Shown piece after piece: positions 27,859 through 38,326 of a stretch of DNA of 64,000 bases. The notes under the pieces were generated by a model. That model made no database searches. It saw nothing but the letters and a program-made list of their open reading frames with translations, and was not told the origin of the DNA. Origin of the DNA: Gemmatimonas sp. Its GTDB lineage: Bacteria; Gemmatimonadota; Gemmatimonadetes; Gemmatimonadales; Gemmatimonadaceae. Position 1 is the stretch's first letter. Every line of letters starts with the position of its first letter. The position numbers and the translations under genes were made by a program. The stretch lies in the NCBI RefSeq assembly GCF_051059595.1, contig NZ_CP050872.1. The stretch is one strand, 5' to 3'.

Positions 27859-28547
27859 TGAGCGACGAGAACACGACGCCGAGCACCGGCATCGCGCGCC
27901 GCGACGCGCTGAAGGTGATGGCGGCCGCGGCGGTGGTGCCAATGCTGCCAGACACCGCAGCCGCCGCACCGGCGCCAGCGGTGTCGCGCGAACCGCTGCC
28001 ACTGCTCGACGAGCAGCAGCGTCCCATCAAGCGCAAAGGCCCGCGCGGCACGCCGAGTGATCCGGTGTTGCAGGTGGCCAAGGCCGACTGGCCGATGAAG
28101 TTGTCGCTGCGTGAGCTCACGACGTTGAGCGCGCTTTGCGACATGATCATCCCGGCTGACGCCAAGAGCCCAGCCGCGTCCACGGTGGGCGCGCCCGGCT
28201 ACATCAACGAGTGGGCAAGCCGTCCCGGCGGCGACGCGTCGCTGGTGCGCGTGCGCGGCGGACTGGCGTGGCTCGATCGCGAGAGTCAGACGCGCTTCGG
28301 CACGCGGTTTCATTTGGCGACGAACGCGCAACGCACGCAGATCTGCGACGACATTTGCTACCTGCCGAAAGCCAAGCCGGAACATCAGTTCGCGGCGCAG
28401 TTCTTCGACACGATTCGCGATCAGACGGCGACCGCGTTCTATACCACACCGGCCGGCTGGAAGGACCTCGGCTACATCGGCAACGTGGCGATGCCGACGT
28501 TTGAAGGACCGAACTTGGCTATTCGCCGTCGGCTTGGGCTTGCCTGA
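27858..28547 (+). CDS. Gluconate 2-dehydrogenase subunit 3 family protein (Tat-signal partner of the GMC enzyme)
   Basis: Tat motif ARRDAL; LCDMIIP; FYTT..GWKDLGYIGN; ATG overlaps the GMC stop codon. Confidence 0.85.
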   Translation: MSDENTTPSTGIARRDALKVMAAAAVVPMLPDTAAAAPAPAVSREPLPLLDEQQRPIKRKGPRGTPSDPVLQVAKADWPMKLSLRELTTLSALCDMIIPADAKSPAASTVGAPGYINEWASRPGGDASLVRVRGGLAWLDRESQTRFGTRFHLATNAQRTQICDDICYLPKAKPEHQFAAQFFDTIRDQTATAFYTTPAGWKDLGYIGNVAMPTFEGPNLAIRRRLGLA

Positions 28548-28832
<285 letters not shown>

Positions 28833-28873
28833 GCGAGAGACATGTCCGCAATGCGCACAGGGCAATAGTTCAC

Positions 28874-29599
28874 ATGCATTCACCAGACGAACGCATTCTG
28901 CGGACCTGGCACGCGAACGTGGCCCCGTGGACGGACGCCGTCCGTCGCGGGGAAATTGCCAGCCGGGTGGCGGTGACGAACGCCGCGATCCTGGGGGCCA
29001 TCCGCTCGCACGCCCCGCGTCGCATCCTTGACCTGGGCTGTGGCGAGGGGTGGATCTGTCACGAGGTCGCGCGCGATGGGATCGCAGCGGTCGGCGTAGA
29101 TGCCATCCCCGGCCTCATCGACGCCGCTCGTGCCGGTCATTCGGTGGACGGGGTACCGGGCACCTACGCCGTGCATACCTACGAGGCGATTGCCGCCGGG
29201 GCATTGATCGCCGAGGGCTATGGTACCTTCGATCTGATCGTCTGCAATTTCGCGCTGTTCGGGAACGAGTCCGTGGGCGCTTTGCTGAAGGCGCTTCCCG
29301 CGTCATTGGGACACGGGGGGCGGCTGATCATCCAGACATTGCACCCGGTCAGCGCGCGTGGCGATCTGCCCTACGAAGACGGGTGGCGCGAGGGCAGTTG
29401 GGCGGGGTTCAGTGACGCGTTCACCGACCCGGCGCCGTGGTATTTCCGCACCATCGGGAGCTGGGTCGCTCTGTTGCGCGCCAGCGGCTTCGCACTCGAG
29501 GCGCTTCACGAACCGTGTCATCCTGACACCGGCGCACCAAGTTCGCTGTTGCTGACGTTGCGCGCTGACCCGGTTGCCGGCGTGGTTCGCACGGTTTAA
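28874..29599 (+). CDS. Class I SAM-dependent methyltransferase
   Basis: ILDLGCGEG, GVDA, FDLIVCNF. Confidence 0.88.
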   Translation: MHSPDERILRTWHANVAPWTDAVRRGEIASRVAVTNAAILGAIRSHAPRRILDLGCGEGWICHEVARDGIAAVGVDAIPGLIDAARAGHSVDGVPGTYAVHTYEAIAAGALIAEGYGTFDLIVCNFALFGNESVGALLKALPASLGHGGRLIIQTLHPVSARGDLPYEDGWREGSWAGFSDAFTDPAPWYFRTIGSWVALLRASGFALEALHEPCHPDTGAPSSLLLTLRADPVAGVVRTV

Positions 29600-29703
29600 T
29601 GCTGCGGCATATTGCCGAGGCGATTGTGCCTCGCTACCGTGCCATATTGACTCGTTCAGCAGTTCCCTCCCAACGAGTGACTCCCTCCTATCAGAGCGCA
29701 GGC

Positions 29704-32700
29704 ATGTTCATCCGATCGATGCTGAGCAGTATGCTGATACGCGGTTCAGCAACTGCTCTTTCCCTCACAGTCGCGGGTAGCGCGGTGTCGGCGCAGGCCG
29801 TCGCGTCTACCGGTACCGTGCGCGGCAAGGTGACCGACGCGGGCACCGGCCAGCCGCTCGCCGACGCGCAGATCTTGGTGGCCAACACGCGTGTCGGGGC
29901 GCTGACCAATGCCCGGGGTGAATACGTGCTGACGGCCGCGCCAGCAGGGGCCCGCACGATCACCGTGCGGCGTCTCGGGTACCTGCCCTTGTCGCGCTCC
30001 ATCACGATCACCGAGGGCGGCACGGCCACCCTCGATGTGTCGTTGACCATCAGCGCGATGAACCTTGGCGAAATCGTGGTGACGGGTTCTGCCGCACCGA
30101 CGGAGAAGCGAAAGGTCGGCACGAGCATCGCGTCGCTCGACAGCACGGTCATCAGCCGCGCACAATCGGTGACGGTCGATCAGGCGCTGCAGGGCAAGAT
30201 TGCCGGCGCGCAGATCTCGCAGAACTCCGGCGGCCCGGGCGGTGGTGGCATCTCCGTCCGCCTGCGCGGCACCAACTCGTTCATCTCCGGCTCCGACCCG
30301 CTGTACATCATTGACGGCGTGATCGTCGACAACGGCTCCGGGCAGCTGGCCGACCTCGGCGGTCGCTCCAACCCGCAGAATCGTCTGGCCGACATCAATC
30401 CCCAGGACATCGATCGCATCGAAATCATTCGTGGTGCGGCCGCCGCGGCGCTGTACGGCTCGCGCGCCAACAACGGCGTGGTGCAGATCTTCACGAAGCG
30501 CGGCAGCATTGGCAAGCCGCGCTTCGCGCTCACGACCCGCTACGGCACGAATGAGCTGCGCGAGAAGCAGCCGTTCAACCTGTATCCGTTCGACGTGAAT
30601 GGGTTGCCGACGCCTCGCTTCGACTATCAGGACGACATTTTCCGGCGCTCGCCGAGCACGGAGCAGAATCTGACGGTTGAAGGTGGCAACGATCAGACCC
30701 GCTACTTCATCAGCGGCAACTTCGCGGACGATCAGGGGATCATGCGCTCGACGAGCTCGCAGCGCACCGGGGCCCGCATCAATCTGCAGCAGCAGCTCGC
30801 GAGTAACCTGGTGGCCAACGTCACCTCGAACTTCGTGACGACGAACAATCAGTTTCAGGCGTTCGGCGAGCAGAACGATTACGGCATCATGGGGTCGCTC
30901 TTCTTCTCGCCCACCAACGTCGACTTCCGTCCGGTCAACGGCGTCTATCCGCTGCCGCCATCGCTGGGCACCAATCCGTTGCTCGCGATCGATCGCATTC
31001 GCAATCCGCAAACGATCAACCGGTTCATCGGCAGCACCAAGTTCACCTGGACGCCGCGCGCCAACCTGTTGCTCGACTACACGCTGGGCATCGACAACTC
31101 GGCCTTCGAGCAGCGCCAGTTCGTGCCGCGTAGTGCCGTCCTCGGCACGGCGCCCTTGGCCACCGGCCGCTCGCAGTCGGTGTTTCAGGATTCGCGCGTC
31201 ATCAATCAGGACGGCGTCGGCTCGTACTCGTGGCGCCTGAACGATGCGTTCGGAATGCGCACGACGGCGGGCTTCAATTACACGTCGCAGCGCCTTCGTA
31301 CCACGAGTGCCACCGCCAACGGCCTTGCGCCGGTGGGTGAACTGGTGAGCGCGGGCTCCATCTTCGCCGCTGGTCAGTCGGATGTGGAGCTGCGCACGCT
31401 GGGCTTCTACGCGCAGCAGGAAATCGACTGGTCGAATAAGCTCTTCTTCACGGGCGCCGTGCGCTACGACGCGTCGAGCACGTTCGCGCCCACCGAGCGC
31501 TGGCAGGCGTTCCCCAAGCTGTCGCTGTCGTACGTGGCGTTGGAGAACCGGACGGGGCTCATCAACAACCTGCGGTTGCGCACCGCGTTGGGCTGGGCGG
31601 GTTCGCAGCCGGGTATCGTGAATGCGTATTCGCAGTACATCACGTATTCGCAGCTGCCGTTTGCCGGCCGCCCGGGCTTCGTGAACGACGTGACGTTCGG
31701 TAACCCGTCGTTGCGCAATGAGCGCGCCCGGGAAGCCGAAGTGGGCGCCGAGGCTGGGTTCCTGAACGGCAAGGTGGCGGTCGAGGCGACGTATTACGAT
31801 CGGCAGGTCAACGACCTCCTGTTCTTCCGGCCGCTGGCGACGAGCACAGGCTTCTCGCGACAGTTCGCGCCGATCGGTTCGATGAGCAACAAGGGAGTCG
31901 AACTGTTGGTGCGCACCACGAACGTGAACCGGCGGAACCTCAAGTGGGAGTCCACGGTCACGTACACGCGGAACCGTAACCTCGTCGAGAGCCTGAATAT
32001 TCAGGACTTCCAGTCGGCGGGTGGCTACCCCAACCGCATCCGCGTCGGCGAACCGGCCGGCGTGTTCTACGGATCGTATGCCGCGCGTGATTGCCGCACG
32101 GGGGCGTTGCTGGTGGACTCGTTGGGGCGCTATCGCCGCAGCAATCAGGCGGCCGATATGGGCACGGCAGCGCAGCGTCAGGCGATTAGCGGCGGCAGCT
32201 GCAACGATTCGCTCAACGCGGTCATCGGTGATCCGAATCCGGATTGGATGGGATCGTTGCTCAACGAGTTCACCATCGGGCGCAACTTGCGTGTGCGAGT
32301 GCTGCTCGATGGCGTGTTCGGCAACGACGTGATGAACCTGTCGACGCGTGCGCAGAATGCCGGTATTGCGAGCAACTCGCGCTCGTTCGAACGGGAGCTG
32401 TTGCCCTATGGTGATCCGCGCAAGACGGCCCCCGGCTTCAACGCCCGCACGCAAGGCATTTTCGAGTATTGGGTGGAGGACGGCAGTTTCGTGAAGCTCC
32501 GCGAACTGTCAGCGACCTACTCGGTCGATTGGAAGCCGCTGCGTAGGGTGTTCAAGGAAGGCGTCGATCTGACGCTGTCGGGACGCAATCTCGCAGTGTG
32601 GACCAAGTACAGCGGCTACGACCCCGAGATCAACCTGTTCGGCACGAACGCCGGTGGTGTGGGCAGCGGCCAGACGACGGCCGCCGATCGCGGCTTCGAC

Positions 32701-32757
32701 TTCGGTGGCTATCCCATTCCGCGTACGTTCTCGCTCAGCGCCCGCTTCACTTACTGA
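29704..32757 (+). CDS. SusC/RagA family TonB-dependent outer membrane transporter
   Basis: LRGTNS...DPLYIIDG; DIDRIEIIRGAAAAALYGSRANNGVVQIFTK; VEDGSFVKLRE; YSGYDPE; terminal aromatic residues (RFTY). Confidence 0.95.
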   Translation: MFIRSMLSSMLIRGSATALSLTVAGSAVSAQAVASTGTVRGKVTDAGTGQPLADAQILVANTRVGALTNARGEYVLTAAPAGARTITVRRLGYLPLSRSITITEGGTATLDVSLTISAMNLGEIVVTGSAAPTEKRKVGTSIASLDSTVISRAQSVTVDQALQGKIAGAQISQNSGGPGGGGISVRLRGTNSFISGSDPLYIIDGVIVDNGSGQLADLGGRSNPQNRLADINPQDIDRIEIIRGAAAAALYGSRANNGVVQIFTKRGSIGKPRFALTTRYGTNELREKQPFNLYPFDVNGLPTPRFDYQDDIFRRSPSTEQNLTVEGGNDQTRYFISGNFADDQGIMRSTSSQRTGARINLQQQLASNLVANVTSNFVTTNNQFQAFGEQNDYGIMGSLFFSPTNVDFRPVNGVYPLPPSLGTNPLLAIDRIRNPQTINRFIGSTKFTWTPRANLLLDYTLGIDNSAFEQRQFVPRSAVLGTAPLATGRSQSVFQDSRVINQDGVGSYSWRLNDAFGMRTTAGFNYTSQRLRTTSATANGLAPVGELVSAGSIFAAGQSDVELRTLGFYAQQEIDWSNKLFFTGAVRYDASSTFAPTERWQAFPKLSLSYVALENRTGLINNLRLRTALGWAGSQPGIVNAYSQYITYSQLPFAGRPGFVNDVTFGNPSLRNERAREAEVGAEAGFLNGKVAVEATYYDRQVNDLLFFRPLATSTGFSRQFAPIGSMSNKGVELLVRTTNVNRRNLKWESTVTYTRNRNLVESLNIQDFQSAGGYPNRIRVGEPAGVFYGSYAARDCRTGALLVDSLGRYRRSNQAADMGTAAQRQAISGGSCNDSLNAVIGDPNPDWMGSLLNEFTIGRNLRVRVLLDGVFGNDVMNLSTRAQNAGIASNSRSFERELLPYGDPRKTAPGFNARTQGIFEYWVEDGSFVKLRELSATYSVDWKPLRRVFKEGVDLTLSGRNLAVWTKYSGYDPEINLFGTNAGGVGSGQTTAADRGFDFGGYPIPRTFSLSARFTY

Positions 32758-32776
32758 CTTCCGGAGACTTCACCAC

Positions 32777-34135
32777 ATGCGCATGAACCACACGCGCGCG
32801 GTGCTCTCCACCGCGTTTGCGACCTTGGCACTCGGGGCGTGCAGCCTCGACTTGCAGAACCCCAATTCCCCGACGGAAGCGCAGGTCACCACCAGCGCCG
32901 ACGGCGTCATTGCCCTGGCCACCGGCCTGCAGGGGCGTTTCGCCACCTCGTACGGGAACTTCGCGTACATGGGCGGGCTCGTGACCGACGAGTTTGCCGC
33001 CACGAGTGCCGCGTTGATTTCCATCAGCGACGCGGAGCAGGGGGCGATCGCGCCCGGCACCGGTATCGCGGACAACGTGTTCAACGCGGTGTACCGCACG
33101 GTGCGTACGGCGGACGATCTGCTGGCGGGGGCGAGCGCGCTCTCGGCGCAGTTCGACCCGGGGACCCGCAGCGGACTCGTTGCGCTGGCGCAGACGCTCA
33201 AGGCCGAAGCCCTGGGCGAAGCGCTGCAGAGCTACCAGCGTTTGCCGATCAATACGTACGGCATCACGACGCCGACGTATGTGACGCGTGCCGAGGCGCT
33301 GCCGTATGTCCGGGCGCTGCTGGATTCGGCCAACGCACAGATCACCGCGACGCCGCCGAGTGCGTTTTTCACCAACAGCATCCTGACGCCGGGTGTGAAC
33401 CTGAACGCCATGATTCAGCTGTTCCGCGCGCGGTATGCGCGCTTGGCCAACGACAACGCGAACGCGGTGACGTACGCCAATCTGGTGCCGCGCACGGGCC
33501 CGGCCGCCGTGTCGTTGCTGCAGTTTCCGGCACCGACGGTGAACTTCTACGCCAACGTCACGGGCGGCACCAACGGCATCGCGCCGCGTCGCCAGTGGCG
33601 TACGAGCATGGCGGCCGGCGACCAGCGCTTCACGTGGTTCGTGGCGCCCTCGGCCACGCTCTCGGGTCGTGTTGGGGCGCTGCTGGACAACTGGAACCGC
33701 TATGCAGGTGCGCAGGCGCCGTTGCCGGTGTACTTCCCCGACGAGGCGCTGCTCATCAAGGCGGAAGGGCTCGCGCAGCAGAACCAGTTGGCCGCGGCGC
33801 AGGCGGCGCTGGATTCGGTGCGCACCGACTGCACCGGCGGGCGTGGCCTCGACGATCCGAAGGCGTGTCTGACAGCGTTGACGGATGTGCTCACCCAGGC
33901 GCAGCTGCTCGACGAGGTGTACGTGCAGCGTCGTTATGAATTGTTCGGCACGGGACTCCGCTGGGAAGACGCGCGCCGGCGCGTCGGCGTACGCGGGCCG
34001 GTGGCGGCGCCGGCGGTGCCGGTGGGCGGTCAGCGCTGCTGGCTGCCCTACGCCATCGGTGATCGCAACGCCAATCCGAACGTGCCGGCCGATCCCGCCG
34101 AGCCCGCGACCTTCCCCGCAGTCTGCCAACAGTGA
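32777..34135 (+). CDS. RagB/SusD family lipoprotein
   Basis: Lipobox LGAC; EALLIKAE and RRYELFGTGLRWED motifs; directly follows susC. Confidence 0.9.
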   Translation: MRMNHTRAVLSTAFATLALGACSLDLQNPNSPTEAQVTTSADGVIALATGLQGRFATSYGNFAYMGGLVTDEFAATSAALISISDAEQGAIAPGTGIADNVFNAVYRTVRTADDLLAGASALSAQFDPGTRSGLVALAQTLKAEALGEALQSYQRLPINTYGITTPTYVTRAEALPYVRALLDSANAQITATPPSAFFTNSILTPGVNLNAMIQLFRARYARLANDNANAVTYANLVPRTGPAAVSLLQFPAPTVNFYANVTGGTNGIAPRRQWRTSMAAGDQRFTWFVAPSATLSGRVGALLDNWNRYAGAQAPLPVYFPDEALLIKAEGLAQQNQLAAAQAALDSVRTDCTGGRGLDDPKACLTALTDVLTQAQLLDEVYVQRRYELFGTGLRWEDARRRVGVRGPVAAPAVPVGGQRCWLPYAIGDRNANPNVPADPAEPATFPAVCQQ

Positions 34136-34146
34136 GGCTGCCCACC

Positions 34147-34932
34147 ATGACTACGCTTCCCATGATGAAGTCCCGCCGTGCCGTGGCTGTCGTCGCCGTG
34201 TCGCTTGCCAGTGTCCTGCTCGCGGCGTGCGGTACGACCGATGCTGCCGATCCGTTCGCACCCACCGGACCGACGGGCCGTGTCCGCTTCGTGAATGTCA
34301 TTACCGACACCACGCGCGGTCGCGTCAACGCCATCCTCGAAGGGCTGCCGTTCGGGGTCAACCTCACGTACACCCAGAGCACGCCCATCACGCTGGCGGC
34401 GCCCAACACCGCGAATTATTCGCCGGTGTACGCGGGCAGCCGCACGCTGGTGCTCAAGCGCACGGCCGACACCAACACGGTGGTGTCGACGATTCCGTTC
34501 ACCGTGGCGGCGAGTCAGGATCAGACGATCTACGCCACCGGTGGCACCGGGGCGTCGGCGGTTACCAACTTCGTCACCACCGATGACAACACGTTGGCCC
34601 CGACGCAGGCGCGGGTGCGGGTGGTGCACTTGAGCCCCACCGCGGGCGCGGTGGACATCTTCGTGACGGCGGTCGGTGCGGACCTCGCTGCGGCGACGCC
34701 AACGCTCGCGAACGTGAGCGAGCGCACGGCGTCGGCGTACTTGGCCGTGGCGCCGGGAACGTACCAGGTGCGTGTCGTGCCGGCGGGGACAGCGGCGGCG
34801 GCACGGGCAGGGGCCGTGGCGATCAACGTGGCGTCGCTGGCGTTGGTGGCCAATACGGTGCGCACGATTGTCGCCGCGGACAACAACGTGGGCGGAGGAC
34901 CGCTGCGCGCCTTCGTGTTGCTGGACCGCTAA
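34147..34932 (+). CDS. DUF4397 domain-containing lipoprotein
   Basis: Lipobox LAAC; two repeats (RVRFVNV, RVRVVHLSPTAGAVDIFVT). Confidence 0.82.
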   Translation: MTTLPMMKSRRAVAVVAVSLASVLLAACGTTDAADPFAPTGPTGRVRFVNVITDTTRGRVNAILEGLPFGVNLTYTQSTPITLAAPNTANYSPVYAGSRTLVLKRTADTNTVVSTIPFTVAASQDQTIYATGGTGASAVTNFVTTDDNTLAPTQARVRVVHLSPTAGAVDIFVTAVGADLAAATPTLANVSERTASAYLAVAPGTYQVRVVPAGTAAAARAGAVAINVASLALVANTVRTIVAADNNVGGGPLRAFVLLDR

Positions 34933-34940
34933 CGCGCATC

Positions 34941-35406
<466 letters not shown>

Positions 35407-36987
35407 ATGCGCGTGATCGCGAGCCCGTATCCCGACGTCGACATTTCCGACACGGCGCTCGTGCCGTTCGTGTTGCGTCGCGCCGCGCAGCACCCCGACA
35501 AGCCGGCCATCGTTTGCGCGGCATCCGGCCGATCGCTCACCTACGCTGAACTCGAACGCAGCGTCCGTGCGGTCGCTGCCGGCTTGCACGCCAAAGGTAT
35601 TCGCAAAGGCGATGTCGTCGGCCTCGTCAGCCCGAACATTCCCGACTTCGCGGTCGTCTTCTACGCCGTCACGCTCATCGGCGCCGTCTGCAGCACGGTC
35701 AACCCTATCGCGACGGCCGAAGAAATCGGGGCGCAGTTCGCCGACAGCAAAGCGGTCATGCTCGTCTCCATCCCCGATCTCTACGAGAAGTGCAGCACGG
35801 CCGCAAAAATCGCCGGCACCGTGCGCGACATCGTGGTCTTCGGTGAAGCCGCTGGCGCCACGCCCTACGCCGCGCTCTTTGCGCACGGCGACACACCACC
35901 GCGTGTCGACATCGACCCCGCCATCGACGTGTGTGCGCTGCCCTACTCCAGCGGCACGTCGGGCGTGCCCAAAGGTGTCATGCTCACGCACCGCAACCTC
36001 GTCGCCAACCTCGTGCAATGCGACGCGGCCGGAATGGGCATGACCGCCAACGACACCGTCATTGGGGTGCTGCCGTTCTTTCACATCTACGGCATGGTCG
36101 TCGTGCTCGGCGCTGCGCTTTCACAGGGCGCGACGATCGTCAGCATGCCGCGCTTCGATCTCGAACAGTTTCTTGGCACCATTGCGAAGCATCGCATCAG
36201 CTACATGAATCTGGTGCCGCCCATCATTCTCGCGCTGGCCAAGCACCCCGTCGTGGCGAGCTTCGACGTGAGCAGCCTGCGCGTCATCATGAGTGGCGCC
36301 GCCCCACTCAGTGCCGATCTCGCCGACGCCTGCGCCGCGCGACTCGGATGCCTGGTGCGTCAGGGGTATGGGCTCACCGAAACCAGCCCTGTGACGCACT
36401 TCCATCCCTTCACCACCACGTCGGCCGATACCGGGTCGGTGGGACCGAGTATCCCGGGCACGGACTGCCGTCTCGTCGATCCCGACACTGGGGCGGACGT
36501 CGCGTCGGGCGAGCGCGGCGAGCTCTGGATTCGCGGGCCGCAGGTGATGAAGGGGTACTTCAACAAGCCCGAGGCCACCGCCGCGTGCCTTACGCCCGAC
36601 GGCTGGTTCAAAACCGGTGATGTCGCCGTGGAGAAAGACGGCTGGTACCACGTGGTCGATCGCGTGAAGGAACTCATCAAATACAAGGGGATGCAGGTGG
36701 CGCCCGCCGAGCTCGAAGCCTTGCTCCTCTCCAATCCGCTCATCGCCGACGCCGCCGTCATCCCCGACGCCGACGCCGGCGAAATTCCCAAGGCGTTCAT
36801 CGTACGTCGTGGTGACATCGACGACGCACACGTCATGGCCTACGTGGCGGAACGCGTGTCGCCGTACAAGAAGGTGCGACAGGTGGAGTTCGTCGAAAGC
36901 ATCCCCAAATCCCCCTCGGGAAAAATCCTGCGACGCCTCCTGGTGGAGCGTGAGCGGGCCAACGCCGCACGCTCCCCGTCCCACTAG
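35407..36987 (+). CDS. 4-coumarate--CoA ligase-like acyl-CoA synthetase (ANL superfamily)
   Basis: YSSGTSGVPKG, GYGLTE, GELWIRGPQVMKGY, WFKTGD, QVAPAELE, PKSPSGKILRR. Confidence 0.92.
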   Translation: MRVIASPYPDVDISDTALVPFVLRRAAQHPDKPAIVCAASGRSLTYAELERSVRAVAAGLHAKGIRKGDVVGLVSPNIPDFAVVFYAVTLIGAVCSTVNPIATAEEIGAQFADSKAVMLVSIPDLYEKCSTAAKIAGTVRDIVVFGEAAGATPYAALFAHGDTPPRVDIDPAIDVCALPYSSGTSGVPKGVMLTHRNLVANLVQCDAAGMGMTANDTVIGVLPFFHIYGMVVVLGAALSQGATIVSMPRFDLEQFLGTIAKHRISYMNLVPPIILALAKHPVVASFDVSSLRVIMSGAAPLSADLADACAARLGCLVRQGYGLTETSPVTHFHPFTTTSADTGSVGPSIPGTDCRLVDPDTGADVASGERGELWIRGPQVMKGYFNKPEATAACLTPDGWFKTGDVAVEKDGWYHVVDRVKELIKYKGMQVAPAELEALLLSNPLIADAAVIPDADAGEIPKAFIVRRGDIDDAHVMAYVAERVSPYKKVRQVEFVESIPKSPSGKILRRLLVERERANAARSPSH

Positions 36988-37083
36988 CCCCGAGAGCCTG
37001 TACGCCGTTCCATCCGGCGTGGTAATTTCGTGCAGCGCCTCCGTGTTTGCAGTAACGCACTCCCCCCGAACCACCATCGACGA

Positions 37084-38322
37084 ATGTCTGGTCAGCGCCT
37101 CGGTATCGGATTCATCGGATCCGGCTTCAACGCCCGCTTTCACATGCAGGGCTTCCGCTACGTTCGCGACGCCGACGTGCTCGGCGTGTGGAGCCCCAAC
37201 GCCAAGAACGCCGCATCAGCGGCCAAGTACGCGCGTGATCTCGACGTAGGCGACGCCAAGGCGTACAAGACCATTACCGACATGGTCGCCGATCCACGCA
37301 TCGACGCCATCTGGCTCAACGGCCCCAATCACGCGCGCATCGAAAACGTCGAAGAAATCGTCGACGCGGTGACGAGCGGCAAGGGCACGCTCAAGGGCAT
37401 CGCGTGCGAGAAGCCGCTCGGGCGCACCGTGGCCGAAGCGAAGCATATTCTCAAGCTCGTCGAGAAGGCCGGCATCATGCACGGCTATCTCGAGAATCAG
37501 TTCTTCTCGCCGCAGGTCGCCGTTGGCCACAACCTCATCTGGAAGCGCGGCGCCGCCAACACGGGCCGTCCGTATCTCGCGCGTGCCGCCGAAGAGCACA
37601 GCGGTCCCCACGGCCCGTGGTTCTGGAACGGCATTCAGCAGGGCGGCGGTGTTCTCAACGACATGATGTGCCACTCGGCGCTCGTCGTGCGCCAGCTGCT
37701 CTCCGAGCCCGGCAAGCCGCTTTCCGACCTCAAGGTCAAGCGCGTCACCGGTCACATCGCGTCGCTCAAGTGGACGCAGAAACACTACGCGGCGCAACTC
37801 AAGCGCGACATGAAGGTCGATTTCCTCAAGGCGCCGTCGGAAGACTTCGCCAGTGTGAACATCGAATTCGAAACGCCCGAAGGCCGCATGGCCATTGGTG
37901 AAGCCACCACGTCGTGGAGCTTCGTCGGACCTGGCCTCCGGCTCAGCGCCGAGTTGCTCGGCCCCGAATACTCGATGAAGTGGAACACGCTCGAGTCGGG
38001 ACTCGATCTCTTCTTCTCACGCGCGGTGAAGGGCAAGACCGGCGAAGATATCGTCGAGAAGCAGATGGCCGAGCAGGGGCAGATGCCGGTGGTGGTGAAC
38101 GAAGCGATTGCCTATGGCTACGAAGCCGAAGACAACCACTTCGTGCGCGCCTTCCTGAGCAAGGAGAAGCCGCTGCTCACGTGGCACGACGGTCTCGATG
38201 TCGTGCGCATTCTCATGCACGCGTACAAGAGCGCCGAGTTGGGCAAGACGCTCGAGTACAAGGAGAATGGCGTCGACAAGTTCGTGCCGCAGGTCGGGCA
38301 GGGGACTTGGAAGCCACGGTAG
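37084..38322 (+). CDS. Gfo/Idh/MocA family oxidoreductase
   Basis: IGFIGSGF, CEKPLG, GGGVLNDMMCH. Confidence 0.9.
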   Translation: MSGQRLGIGFIGSGFNARFHMQGFRYVRDADVLGVWSPNAKNAASAAKYARDLDVGDAKAYKTITDMVADPRIDAIWLNGPNHARIENVEEIVDAVTSGKGTLKGIACEKPLGRTVAEAKHILKLVEKAGIMHGYLENQFFSPQVAVGHNLIWKRGAANTGRPYLARAAEEHSGPHGPWFWNGIQQGGGVLNDMMCHSALVVRQLLSEPGKPLSDLKVKRVTGHIASLKWTQKHYAAQLKRDMKVDFLKAPSEDFASVNIEFETPEGRMAIGEATTSWSFVGPGLRLSAELLGPEYSMKWNTLESGLDLFFSRAVKGKTGEDIVEKQMAEQGQMPVVVNEAIAYGYEAEDNHFVRAFLSKEKPLLTWHDGLDVVRILMHAYKSAELGKTLEYKENGVDKFVPQVGQGTWKPR

Positions 38323-38326
38323 AGTC

